Assembly: GCA_041659845.1 (NCBI GenBank)
Contig: JBAZXM010000002.1
Coordinates: 4 to 64,003 of the forward strand
Source of the DNA: Minisyncoccota bacterium
GTDB taxonomy: Bacteria > Patescibacteriota > Minisyncoccia > Phycocordibacterales > UBA9973
Direction of reading: 5' to 3'
Length of the DNA stretch: 64,000 bases
Positions 1 to 9,039 of this stretch are shown here, piece by piece. Within the stretch, counting starts at the first letter, position 1. The number at the start of each line of letters is the position of its first letter. The notes beneath the pieces are model-generated. The model saw only the letters and a program-made list of their open reading frames with translations, searched no databases and was not told the DNA's origin. The position numbers and the translations under genes are program-made.

Positions 1-956
1 ATGTCGTCTCAAATCGTTTCGGATTGACTGAAGACGCAGAGCGAAAAACACTGGAAGCGATAGGTGAAAAATACGGCATCACCCGCGAACGTGTTCGCCA
101 GATTGAGAATGCAGCGCTTGCTTCAATCAAAAAAGGAGATGCTTATAAGGGCGACAAAGCATCTTTTGACGAGCTCAAAGAGATCGTGAAATCACTCGGC
201 GCCATAGTAACCGAAGATGAATTACTCTCCCATATCTCAAAAGATAAATCTATTCAAAATCATATTCATTTCTACCTTGTCCTTGGAGATGAATTTAAAA
301 AGCACAAAGAAGACGAAGGTCACCATTCAAGGTGGACCATCGATGACACTATAGCTGAACAAGTTCATACTGCGATTAAGAAATTGTATGGAGGTCTTTC
401 AGACGATGAACTCGTCCCAGAGAATGACATAATTTCTCGTTTCCTTGGTCAATTGAAGGATATCGCTGATCACTACAAGAATGAAGAAATTGCTCGCCGA
501 TGGCTATCAATCTCGAAATCAATCAGTAAGAATCCACTCGGTGAATGGGGAAAGACTACATCATCCAATGTGAAGACTCGAGGCATTAAAGACTACGCAT
601 ATCTCATAATGCGAAAGCACGGTTCACCGATGCATTTCCGTGAGGTGGCGAAGGCTATCAGTGATACTTTCAGTAAAAAGACTCACGTTGCAACTTGCCA
701 CAATGAACTCATTAAAGACAAACGTTTCGTTCTTGTTGGCCGAGGGTATTACGCACTTGCGGAATGGGGATACAAGCCAGGTGTCGTCCGCGATGTCATC
801 AAAGAAATTTTGAAAAAGGAAGGTCCGCTCTCGAAAGAAGATGTCGTTGACCGCGTACTCAAGGAGCGCTTTCTTAAAAAGAATACTATTTTAGTGAATC
901 TTCAGAATACAAAATACTTCAAAAAGAACAAACAAGGTCTCTATACAGTTGCCTAA
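1..956 (+). CDS. RNA polymerase sigma-70 family factor, 3' portion (gene begins upstream of the window): region 4 followed by a 270-aa C-terminal extension with a HARE-HTH-like domain
   Basis: The frame is open from nt 3 (..VVSNRFGLTEDAERKTLEAIGEKYGITRERVRQIE, a sigma70 region 4.2 signature). The C-terminal MHFREVAKAI..ATCHNELIKDKRFVLVGRGYYALAEWG resembles the HARE-HTH of RNAP delta (RpoE). A terminator hairpin follows at 968-1006. Confidence 0.7.
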   Translation, partial: VVSNRFGLTEDAERKTLEAIGEKYGITRERVRQIENAALASIKKGDAYKGDKASFDELKEIVKSLGAIVTEDELLSHISKDKSIQNHIHFYLVLGDEFKKHKEDEGHHSRWTIDDTIAEQVHTAIKKLYGGLSDDELVPENDIISRFLGQLKDIADHYKNEEIARRWLSISKSISKNPLGEWGKTTSSNVKTRGIKDYAYLIMRKHGSPMHFREVAKAISDTFSKKTHVATCHNELIKDKRFVLVGRGYYALAEWGYKPGVVRDVIKEILKKEGPLSKEDVVDRVLKERFLKKNTILVNLQNTKYFKKNKQGLYTVA

Positions 957-967
957 ATCAAAAATGT

Positions 968-1006
968 AGAAAGAACGCACTCTAGTAGTGCGTTCTTTCT
1001 TTTTAG
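968..1006 (+). terminator. rho-independent terminator after the sigma factor gene
   Basis: AGAAAGAACGCACT-ctagt-AGTGCGTTCTTTCT followed by TTTT. Confidence 0.6.
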
Positions 1007-1041
1007 AATTGGTTTTATGATATAATAAATTACACGAATAT

Positions 1042-2439
1042 ATGAAAACAAGAGGTTTTATTCACAACATAATTTTAATTATTTTCGGCATAATTTTATC
1101 GATACTCGCTGTCGGTCTTGTCTTGCTGTCTTTCTTGCCGACCGCTCCGATCGCCTCGATTAAAGGCGATTTGATTAATACTTATCTTCAATCTGGGGGT
1201 TTTTACATATTGAAATTTATTTGGGATCTCGCTCCTTTTTGGGTGCCGCCATTGCTTATTATTGCAGCTTGGAGATTATGGAAGTACTACATCAATTACG
1301 CTTTCCTTACAAAAATGAATTGGGTTTTACTCGAAGTCCGCATCCCGAAGGATGTTCACAAATCTCCACTCGCGATGGAAGTCGTGCTTACCAATGCTTT
1401 TTATCAAGCTGGTGGTACAGGTACTTGGTATGCAAAACATTGGGAAGGCAAACTGCGTAATTGGTTTTCGCTTGAGATGGTCTCAATCGAGGGTAAAATC
1501 TTTTTTTTCATTCGCACACCGGTACAATTCAAAAACATCATCGAAGCGCAAATTTATTCTCAATATCCGAAAGCCGAAATCAATGAAGTGGATGATTATA
1601 CCAATCTCGTACCACTTCACGCAAACACAGATGCATGGGAGCTGACTGGTACTGAATTTGTTTTAAGTAAAGAGGATCCATACCCGATTAAGACATACAT
1701 TGATTATGGCCTAGATAAGGCATCGGGTTTGCTTGAGGCTGAACAGCAGATCGATCCTATTTCTTCGACTATGGAATTACTGGGCTCAATAGGTAAAGAT
1801 GAGCAGATTTGGATCCAGATCATCATTCGCGCTACGACAGAGCGCTTCCACAAACCGGGGACATGGTTCGGCAAGCAAGACTGGAAAAAGGAGGGAGAGG
1901 CCTTGATTAAAAAATTGAAGGATGAGCTTAAACCTAAACCGAAAGACAAAGACGACAAGCCAGCACCGCAAATGGCCACTAAAGGTGAACAGGAAAAGAT
2001 TAATGCTGTTGAGCGCAGTATAGACAAGTTTGGATTCGACTGCGGTATCCGTACTCTCTATGTAGCTAAAAAGGACGCATTCAAAGGTATGAATCTCGTT
2101 GCTCTTCTGGGAGCATTTCGCCAGTACAATTCAGCAAATCTGAATGGCTTTAAACCAGCGAACGTAACATCTTTTGATTATCCTTGGCAGGATTTTTCCG
2201 GACGGCGCATTCAAGCGCTCAAACGTGAAATATTTGATGCGTATCGAGCACGATCTTATTTTTATATGCCACACAGCAGTTCGTTTGTTGCCGGTAAAAG
2301 TATTACTCGCAAACAATTTGTATTGAATACTGAGGAGCTTGCGACGATTTTTCATTTCCCGGGCCGTGTTTCAGAGACACCATCCTTCAAGCGTATCGAA
2401 TCAAAGAAGGCCGAACCACCAGTCAACCTTCCAATGTAA
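1042..2439 (+). CDS. hypothetical membrane protein (N-terminal TM helices, Lys/Pro-rich low-complexity segment)
   Basis: 465-aa ORF with hydrophobic N-terminus (IILIIFGIILSILAVGLVLL) and a KPKPKDKDDKPAP stretch. I do not recognise a family. Confidence 0.5.
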   Translation: MKTRGFIHNIILIIFGIILSILAVGLVLLSFLPTAPIASIKGDLINTYLQSGGFYILKFIWDLAPFWVPPLLIIAAWRLWKYYINYAFLTKMNWVLLEVRIPKDVHKSPLAMEVVLTNAFYQAGGTGTWYAKHWEGKLRNWFSLEMVSIEGKIFFFIRTPVQFKNIIEAQIYSQYPKAEINEVDDYTNLVPLHANTDAWELTGTEFVLSKEDPYPIKTYIDYGLDKASGLLEAEQQIDPISSTMELLGSIGKDEQIWIQIIIRATTERFHKPGTWFGKQDWKKEGEALIKKLKDELKPKPKDKDDKPAPQMATKGEQEKINAVERSIDKFGFDCGIRTLYVAKKDAFKGMNLVALLGAFRQYNSANLNGFKPANVTSFDYPWQDFSGRRIQALKREIFDAYRARSYFYMPHSSSFVAGKSITRKQFVLNTEELATIFHFPGRVSETPSFKRIESKKAEPPVNLPM

Positions 2440-2442
2440 TAT

Positions 2443-3411
2443 ATGGAAAACATTTCATCTCAATCGAAAGAGTCAGTGTGCATCTCGCCGGATTTTCGCT
2501 ACTGTCATCCAACGGAGCATTTTAATAAAAAGAAAAATATATTTAAATTTTTTTTCATCATAATTATTATTGCTTTATGCTTCGGAACATACTCCTATGC
2601 TTTTCGCGCACCGGAAGATTTCCCGCTAGGCACTATTGTCCATATTAAATCGGGAGAAAATCTGGGTTCTATAGCAAATACTCTTAAAGAAATGCATACG
2701 ATACAATCTCGATTTATTTTCGAAACGTTTGTCATGACACTTACGAGTGACCGCAAGATTCCTTCAGGCGATTACACACTAGATGAGCGAGTATCCGTAT
2801 TTAGCCTTGCTCGGCGTTTTGCTGAAGGCGATTACCGTACTGCAAAAATAAAGATTACATTTCCCGAGGGTATAACGCGCCAAGAAATAAAATCATTGCT
2901 CATGGAGAAAATCTCCGGATTTGATGGTGAACAATTTCTCTTATTAACCGCACAAGAAGAAGGATATCTTTTCCCTGAAACTTATTTCTTTTTTCCGAAA
3001 ACAGAGCCTTCTGAAGTCAGAGAAGTATTTCGTGATACTTTTAATAAAAAAATAGATGAACTTTCCAGTGAAATCTCGCGTTCAGGTAGGAGTGAACGCC
3101 AAATCGTAATCATGGCATCTCTTATCGAAGGGGAGGCAAAAGGTAATTCTGATCGCGATGTCGTATCCGGAATTCTTTGGAATCGAATTGTGCGTGGAGA
3201 AAAACTTCAAGTTGATGTAGCGCCGGATACATACGACCATACAGGTCTTCCAGTAGAACCGATTTCAAATCCCGGCTTTGAGGCAATGTTCGCCGCTATA
3301 CATCCGAAGGATACGCCTTATTTGTTCTACCTTCATGATAAAGGCGGAATTATTCACTATGCGAAGACATTCGCCGAACATAAGGCAAATATTGCAAAAT
3401 ACTTGAAATAA
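2443..3411 (+). CDS. mltG: endolytic murein transglycosylase MltG (YceG-like)
   Basis: N-terminal TM helix, and YceG-like motifs (..GDYTL.., ..SLIEGEA.., C-terminal HYAKTFAEH). Confidence 0.7.
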   Translation: MENISSQSKESVCISPDFRYCHPTEHFNKKKNIFKFFFIIIIIALCFGTYSYAFRAPEDFPLGTIVHIKSGENLGSIANTLKEMHTIQSRFIFETFVMTLTSDRKIPSGDYTLDERVSVFSLARRFAEGDYRTAKIKITFPEGITRQEIKSLLMEKISGFDGEQFLLLTAQEEGYLFPETYFFFPKTEPSEVREVFRDTFNKKIDELSSEISRSGRSERQIVIMASLIEGEAKGNSDRDVVSGILWNRIVRGEKLQVDVAPDTYDHTGLPVEPISNPGFEAMFAAIHPKDTPYLFYLHDKGGIIHYAKTFAEHKANIAKYLK

Positions 3412-3417
3412 ATTTCC

Positions 3418-3981
3418 ATGGCAGACATTAAAAAACAAAAACTCGCATTCTTAGATACGGAAACTACCGGATTAAATCCAGACAAACATGAGCTGATTGA
3501 AATCGGTTGCGTGATTGTCGAACAAGACTGGACTGGAGACGATAAGAAGCCCACATTTGAAATAGTTGAAGAAATAGAAATTAAGATAAAGCCAGAACAT
3601 ATTGAAGATGCCGATCCTGTGGCACTGCGGGTCAACCACTATGATCCTGTTGATTGGGTATTTGCATACACTCTGCCAGAGGCTATGAAAATTCTTTCGG
3701 AAAAAACCAAAGGAGCTATTATGGTAGGACACAATATATGTTTTGATAATGGGTTTATAGAGCATGCTTTTAGAATATCCGGAGTAGATAATACAATGCA
3801 CTACCACAAGTTAGATACTATTTCCATAGCGTTCGCAAAACTTCATAATCACGAAGATATCGATAAGTTTTCTCTTCACGCACTCGGAGAATACTTCAAT
3901 ATTGAGAATAAGCACGCCCACTCGGCACTTTCCGACGCTCGGGCGACTTTTGAGCTTTATGAAAAGCTTATGAGAATTTAG
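3418..3981 (+). CDS. 3'-5' exonuclease, DnaQ/DEDDh family
   Basis: Exo I FLDTETTG, Exo II MVGHNICFDNGF and Exo III HSALSDARAT motifs. Confidence 0.7.
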   Translation: MADIKKQKLAFLDTETTGLNPDKHELIEIGCVIVEQDWTGDDKKPTFEIVEEIEIKIKPEHIEDADPVALRVNHYDPVDWVFAYTLPEAMKILSEKTKGAIMVGHNICFDNGFIEHAFRISGVDNTMHYHKLDTISIAFAKLHNHEDIDKFSLHALGEYFNIENKHAHSALSDARATFELYEKLMRI

Positions 3982-4053
3982 CTATTGCTTATTTTTGAAT
4001 ATGTGATATAGTTTCAAGTAGATATTTTAACATTTAAAAATAGGAGGTTATTC

Positions 4054-4710
4054 ATGATCTACATTTCAAATGGCGGTCAGGATAATCTTGACCAATTTTT
4101 ACTCGCTAAAGAGCGCCTTATCAATATTTTAGAAGAATTCAAATCTGTCGGTATAATTATTTCTTTCAGCGAATGTCCGATAAAGGGCCTTGAAGGAAAG
4201 ACTTTTATGAAAGTTTTCCATCTGGAAAATCTTTATATTAAAATTTTCCTGGGAATGGATAAGTTGGATGTTACTGAAAAATATATAAATTCAGGATCGG
4301 ATTTTATAAATCTAGACGCGGAAGATGATGTCATTCGCGCGCTCATTATGAAGCATATAGAGCACGGGCGTTATGGATATGCGATTGAAAAGCGCGTACA
4401 GAAAGTATTAGAAAATCTAAACAATTACCAGAAAGGTTTCTCGTGCTCAATTCTCCCACAATCGGTGGTTGATGACAGCAAGGGGAGGGATTTTGTAATC
4501 GAACTTGATTACTTGGCTTTGGGATATCGCATATGGGGGCGAATACCTTTGCAAATCAAATCGAATGAATATCATCAGAAAAAGCACATTGAGAAGTATC
4601 CTAGTGTTCCGTCTGTTGTGATAGACATTAATGATTCTGATGAGATAATTTTGAAAAAAATAATTCAAGTCGTAGAAGGGTATTTTGAAGGAAAAATCCT
4701 TCATATCTGA
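4054..4710 (+). CDS. hypothetical protein (possible PD-(D/E)xK-like core DFVIELDY..IPLQIKS)
   Basis: 218-aa ORF with an AGGAGG RBS at 4040-4046. The nuclease-fold suggestion is speculative. Confidence 0.4.
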   Translation: MIYISNGGQDNLDQFLLAKERLINILEEFKSVGIIISFSECPIKGLEGKTFMKVFHLENLYIKIFLGMDKLDVTEKYINSGSDFINLDAEDDVIRALIMKHIEHGRYGYAIEKRVQKVLENLNNYQKGFSCSILPQSVVDDSKGRDFVIELDYLALGYRIWGRIPLQIKSNEYHQKKHIEKYPSVPSVVIDINDSDEIILKKIIQVVEGYFEGKILHI

Positions 4711-4780
4711 ACATCCTGCATATTCTGCAGGATGTTTTTTATTGACAATAAGTGTTGTTCTTGCGAAGATACAAGCGATT

Positions 4781-5896
4781 GTGAAAAATCTACAAATAAA
4801 AAAGAAGAAAGTTGTTTTTGTTGGCGTGTCCGGTGGTGTGGATTCTTCCGTCTCTGCGGCTTTATTAAAAGATTTAGGCTATGAAGTTTTTGGGGTATTT
4901 ATTAAAGTCTGGCAGCCCGATTTCATAACTTGTACATGGCGCGAAGAAAAGCGCGACGCTATGCGCGTCTGTGCACATTTGGATATTCCATTTATATTTC
5001 TCGACTTGGAAAAAGAGTATAAAGAAGGAGTGGCGGATTATATGATTAACGAATACAAAGCCGGTCGCACTCCGAATCCAGATGTTATGTGTAATAAAGA
5101 GGTTAAATTCGGTGCGTTTTTGAAATGGGCACTTCTCCATGGGGCGGACTATATTGCCACGGGGCACTATGCAAGAAATGAAGAATTACGAATTACGAAT
5201 TACGAATTAAAGAATAAAAAACAATATAAACTTCTTGCAGGCAAAGATCAAAATAAAGATCAATCTTATTTTCTCTGGACGCTGACACAAGAAAAATTAA
5301 ATCATGTGCTTTTTCCTGTAGGAAATTTAACTAAACCTGCAGTCAGGAAGCTTGCGGGGAAATTCGGTTTACCAACTGCAGAAAAAAAGGATAGCCAGGG
5401 TGTATGCTTCTTGGGGAAATTGGACATGAAAGATTTCTTGAAGCATTACATCAAAGAGAAAAAAGGAAATATTCTCGATGAAAAAGGCAAGGTTATCGGT
5501 ACGCATAATGGCGCGCTTTTCTATACGCTTGGTGAGCGTCACGGATTTGAAATTATAAAAAAGGGAATTAATGATAAGCCGTACTATGTAGTCGGAAAAG
5601 ATATTTTAAAAAACACTCTCATTGTCTCACAAACTATTAAACGCTCGGCTTCTGATAGTTTTAAAAATAATGAATTTTTACTTGAAGGCGTAAGCATAAC
5701 AAATAAAGTTCCAGTAATTGGCAAAAAATACCATGCACGCATCCGTTATCGCCAAGTTCTTGAAGAGTGCGTTGTGTTGGAATGGGGTATTAAAACTGCT
5801 AAAGTCCACTTCAAAAATCCGCAGACGGTTGCATCTGGCCAGTCGTTAGTACTTTATGATAAATATGAATGTTTAGGCGGGGGAATTGTTGTTTAA
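4781..5896 (+). CDS. mnmA: tRNA-specific 2-thiouridylase MnmA
   Basis: PP-loop VVFVGVSGGVDSS, then ..ATGHYAR.. and DQSYFLW. The long ORF begins at 4685, but an in-frame GTG at 4781 gives the canonical MnmA N-terminus (M-KNLQIKKKKVVFVG). Start is uncertain. Confidence 0.75.
   Translation: MKNLQIKKKKVVFVGVSGGVDSSVSAALLKDLGYEVFGVFIKVWQPDFITCTWREEKRDAMRVCAHLDIPFIFLDLEKEYKEGVADYMINEYKAGRTPNPDVMCNKEVKFGAFLKWALLHGADYIATGHYARNEELRITNYELKNKKQYKLLAGKDQNKDQSYFLWTLTQEKLNHVLFPVGNLTKPAVRKLAGKFGLPTAEKKDSQGVCFLGKLDMKDFLKHYIKEKKGNILDEKGKVIGTHNGALFYTLGERHGFEIIKKGINDKPYYVVGKDILKNTLIVSQTIKRSASDSFKNNEFLLEGVSITNKVPVIGKKYHARIRYRQVLEECVVLEWGIKTAKVHFKNPQTVASGQSLVLYDKYECLGGGIVV
5183..5210 (+). repeat. 7-bp tandem repeat (GAATTAC) x about 4 inside the mnmA coding region
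   Basis: Direct read: gaattac gaattac gaattac gaatta, encoding ELRITNYEL. Confidence 0.8.
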
Positions 5897-5956
5897 TTTT
5901 TAATTATAAAAGTATGGTATATTTGTTTTAAATACAGATATTTAAAATTATGCATA

Positions 5957-6265
5957 ATGAAAGAAGCAGAAAGAAGAACCGAGTTAATTAGAAAAGCCGT
6001 TGAAAGTGTAATTTCGCACTATAAAGTAGACAGATTTTATTCCGGTGAGATAGAAAAATTAATAGATGAAGTTTCAGATTCAATTGTTAAAACTGTTGGT
6101 GTGGATACTGAAGTTGATGTTAATAATGTTGCGAATCATGCCTACATAGGAGCTAACCTCATACTTGATCCTCTTGAGCATGCAGGTTCACTCAAGCTTA
6201 ATAGTCATCATTTATCACGGTACATTGCCAGCGCAGTTATTAGTGAGTTTATATTAAAAATGTGA
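5957..6265 (+). CDS. hypothetical protein
   Basis: 102-aa ORF followed by a terminator. Confidence 0.4.
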   Translation: MKEAERRTELIRKAVESVISHYKVDRFYSGEIEKLIDEVSDSIVKTVGVDTEVDVNNVANHAYIGANLILDPLEHAGSLKLNSHHLSRYIASAVISEFILKM

Positions 6266-6271
6266 ACTAGT

Positions 6272-6300
6272 AAAAGCCCTTTTTCTGGGCTTTTTTATTT
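6272..6300. terminator. bidirectional rho-independent terminator
   Basis: AAAAGCCC-tttttct-GGGCTTTTTT. Confidence 0.65.
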
Positions 6301-6370
6301 TATTCAAGTATTTTATTCATTGGAGATTTTTGCTATACTAGCCGCATAGCATTTTAATTTACAGAAATTT

Positions 6371-6856
6371 ATGGAATCACTTTTTTTTTCAAATACAGAT
6401 ATTTTTATCAGACTAGCAGTAGCTATGAGTCTTGGTATGCTTGTCGGGGTGGAACGCCTTCTTGCTCAAAAAACGGCTGGTATGCGCACTTATGCGTTAG
6501 TAGCAATGGGCTCATCTCTTTTTGTGATTATATCTGAAATGATGATAGCTTCTCGAGGTGATCTTATAGGGCTCGATCCGCTTCGTATGGCATCACAAAT
6601 AGTAGTCGGGGTCGGATTTTTGGGTGCTGGATTGATAGTATTCAAAGACGAGCGTGTCGTCGGGCTCACAAGTGCCAGCGGGCTTTGGGTTGCGGCGGGT
6701 ATCGGTGTTGCGGCGGGGTTTGGCCTTTTTTGGCTTTCGATAATGGCAACGATTCTCACACTATTTATTTTCACCGTACTTTGGTTTATTGAAGAATATT
6801 TGAAACGTTTTTCCAGATATAAAAATAATTCAACTAACAACACGGATACTTTGTAA
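6371..6856 (+). CDS. mgtC: MgtC/SapB family membrane protein
   Basis: LAVAMSLGMLVGVERLLAQKTAGMRTYALVAMGSSLF..VGVGFLGAGLI are typical MgtC-family motifs. Confidence 0.65.
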   Translation: MESLFFSNTDIFIRLAVAMSLGMLVGVERLLAQKTAGMRTYALVAMGSSLFVIISEMMIASRGDLIGLDPLRMASQIVVGVGFLGAGLIVFKDERVVGLTSASGLWVAAGIGVAAGFGLFWLSIMATILTLFIFTVLWFIEEYLKRFSRYKNNSTNNTDTL

Positions 6857-6869
6857 TTTTTATTTTTGT

Positions 6870-8633
6870 ATGCAATCTTTGGAAATCAGATCACGATTTT
6901 TAAAATTTTTCGAAAAACGCGGACATGCGATTATTCCCTCGGCATCACTGGTTCCCGAGAATGATCCTTCTGTGCTTTTTAACACTGCGGGTATGCAGCC
7001 TCTTGTTCCATATCTTTTGGGTACGAAGCATCCGATGGGTGCTCGCTTAGCGGATGTACAGAAATGCGTACGCACAGGTGACCTCGATGATATTGGGGAT
7101 AATCGCCACTTTTCTTTTTTTGAAATGCTTGGAAATTGGTCGCTTGGAGATTATTTCAAAGAAGATACTATTAAATGGAGTTATAATTTTTTAACAAATG
7201 GAGACGATAAAAAAGAAGGAGATAAGGGATTAGGTCTCGATGTGAAGCGTTTATATTTTACAATTTTCGAAGGTGATGAAAATGCGCCTTTCGACCAAGA
7301 AGCAAAAGATTTGTGGATGAGTTTGGGTATTCCAGAACATCGCATTTATCCGCTTCCCGCAGAAGATAATTGGTGGAGCCCCGGAGATAACGGACCTTGT
7401 GGTCCTTGTAGCGAAATGTTTTATGACATGAGTGGAGATGTTGGAGATCTTTCAAAAGAAGCTTTTCTTGATGCTGTAAAAAAAGAAGATGTGATTGAAA
7501 TCTGGAATGATGTCTTTATGGAGTATGAAAAGAAAGATGGAAAAGTAATTGGGAAATTAAAACAAAAAAATGTGGATACTGGTGCGGGACTTGAGCGCAT
7601 CACAGCGGTAATGCAAGGTAATCGTACTGCATACGACACTGATATTTTTAAGTCAATTTTCGGGAAGATTAATGAATTTACTTTAAGTAAAGATGAAAAG
7701 GCTAAGCGTATTGTTGCTGACCATGTCCGCACCAGTGTATTTATGATTGCTGATGGTGTTGTTCCAGCAAATACTGATCGAGGATATATTCTACGCCGAT
7801 TGCTTCGCCGTGCGGTCAGATATGCTGATCAGCTTGGGATGAAGCACAGCTCGCTTTTTTGGATTGCGCAAACTGTAATTGAAAAATATAAAGATACGTA
7901 TTCAAATCTAGAATCTGAATCTGAAAAAATAAAGTCTGAAATTGATAAAGAAGAAAGTAAATTCCGTCAGACACTGGAAAAAGGTATGAAAGAGTTTGAA
8001 AAAGGTATTGACCCATTTACTCTTGCGACGACCTATGGCTTTCCGATTGAGCTCACTCTTGAAATTGCGAAAGAAAAAGGGATGGAGATAAATCTCGACG
8101 ATTTTTACACAAAGATGACAGAACATCAAAATCTTTCTCGTACCGCGTCCGCAGGAATGTTTAAAGGCGGATTAGCGAATCATAATGAAAAGACCATACG
8201 ATTACATACTGCACACCACCTCTTGCTTGCAGCATTACAGAAAGTGCTTGGTCGGAGCGTCAAACAGCGGGGGAGTAATATCACTGAAGAGCGCTTGCGT
8301 ATCGACTTTTCTTTTGAAAGAAAGATGACCGATGAAGAAAAAAAACAGGTGGAAGAGATTGTGAATGAAAAAATTCAAGAAGGATTGAATGTAATACGAA
8401 AGGAAATGCCGAAAGAAGAAGCTGAGAAACTGGGTGCCGAGATGGAATTCGGCGCAAAGTACGCAGACACTGTTTCCGTCTATTTTATTGAAGAAAAAAA
8501 TGGCAGCCCATTCTCAAAAGAATTTTGCGGTGGTCCACATGTCACCAATACTCACGAACTCGGTCAGTTTAAAATCCAAAAAGAAGAAGCCGTGGCGCAA
8601 GGAGTGCGAAGAATCAAAGCTATATTGTTATAA
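6870..8633 (+). CDS. alaS: alanyl-tRNA synthetase, short form (catalytic plus editing-like HxxxH segment, no long C-terminal domain)
   Basis: N-terminus RFLKFFEKRGHAIIPSASLVPENDPSVLFNTAGMQPLVPYLLG is the AlaRS signature. HTAHHLLLAALQKVLG..ITEERLRIDFSF is an editing/Zn-type motif. 587 aa, against about 870 for the canonical enzyme. Confidence 0.8.
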   Translation: MQSLEIRSRFLKFFEKRGHAIIPSASLVPENDPSVLFNTAGMQPLVPYLLGTKHPMGARLADVQKCVRTGDLDDIGDNRHFSFFEMLGNWSLGDYFKEDTIKWSYNFLTNGDDKKEGDKGLGLDVKRLYFTIFEGDENAPFDQEAKDLWMSLGIPEHRIYPLPAEDNWWSPGDNGPCGPCSEMFYDMSGDVGDLSKEAFLDAVKKEDVIEIWNDVFMEYEKKDGKVIGKLKQKNVDTGAGLERITAVMQGNRTAYDTDIFKSIFGKINEFTLSKDEKAKRIVADHVRTSVFMIADGVVPANTDRGYILRRLLRRAVRYADQLGMKHSSLFWIAQTVIEKYKDTYSNLESESEKIKSEIDKEESKFRQTLEKGMKEFEKGIDPFTLATTYGFPIELTLEIAKEKGMEINLDDFYTKMTEHQNLSRTASAGMFKGGLANHNEKTIRLHTAHHLLLAALQKVLGRSVKQRGSNITEERLRIDFSFERKMTDEEKKQVEEIVNEKIQEGLNVIRKEMPKEEAEKLGAEMEFGAKYADTVSVYFIEEKNGSPFSKEFCGGPHVTNTHELGQFKIQKEEAVAQGVRRIKAILL

Positions 8634-8727
8634 AATCTTAAATGCCAACTATTCATTGACTTGTCAATTATGAAATGGTATTGTCTTGTCAGTTAAATAA
8701 ATTGTTCAAACCTAAAAAACTTTAAAA

Positions 8728-8961
8728 ATGAGCCACATAGACGTAACTGAAGTAAAATTCAGGCAGGAAACCTTTAGGCAGAGGAATCTCTTTATTTCAG
8801 ATAGAGATGCTCTTATGGTTAAAATTTCTTCTCTAAAAAAAAGATTATCTGCTTCTGACGAAAAAGATAAGTTACAAAAAGAAATTAATTTTTCGCAAGG
8901 GAAATTAGACAAACTTGCAAAGCAAATCTATGATTTGAGTGATGCTTTAAAACTCGATTGA
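8728..8961 (+). CDS. hypothetical small coiled-coil protein
   Basis: 77-aa ORF preceded by a TTGACT..TATTGT promoter-like region and followed by a terminator. Confidence 0.35.
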   Translation: MSHIDVTEVKFRQETFRQRNLFISDRDALMVKISSLKKRLSASDEKDKLQKEINFSQGKLDKLAKQIYDLSDALKLD

Positions 8962-8968
8962 GTAAATA

Positions 8969-9006
8969 ACCCCGCTACTGGTAAATCCATAGCGGGCTTT
9001 TTTATT
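8969..9006 (+). terminator. rho-independent terminator
   Basis: CCCGCTA-ctggtaaatcca-TAGCGGG-CTTTTTTA. Confidence 0.6.
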
Positions 9007-9039
9007 TGTCATTATCTCTTGTAAACTGATATACTAGAG

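Noticed and set aside
1221-2355. Several 60-107-aa ORFs in alternative frames (1221-1460, 1352-1645, 1704-2027 minus, 2131-2355 minus)
   Set aside because: They are nested inside the 465-aa ORF at 1042-2439. There is no independent support.
6490-6843. 117-aa minus-strand ORF
   Set aside because: It is antisense to the MgtC-family gene. Its Pro/Thr-rich translation is typical of a shadow frame.
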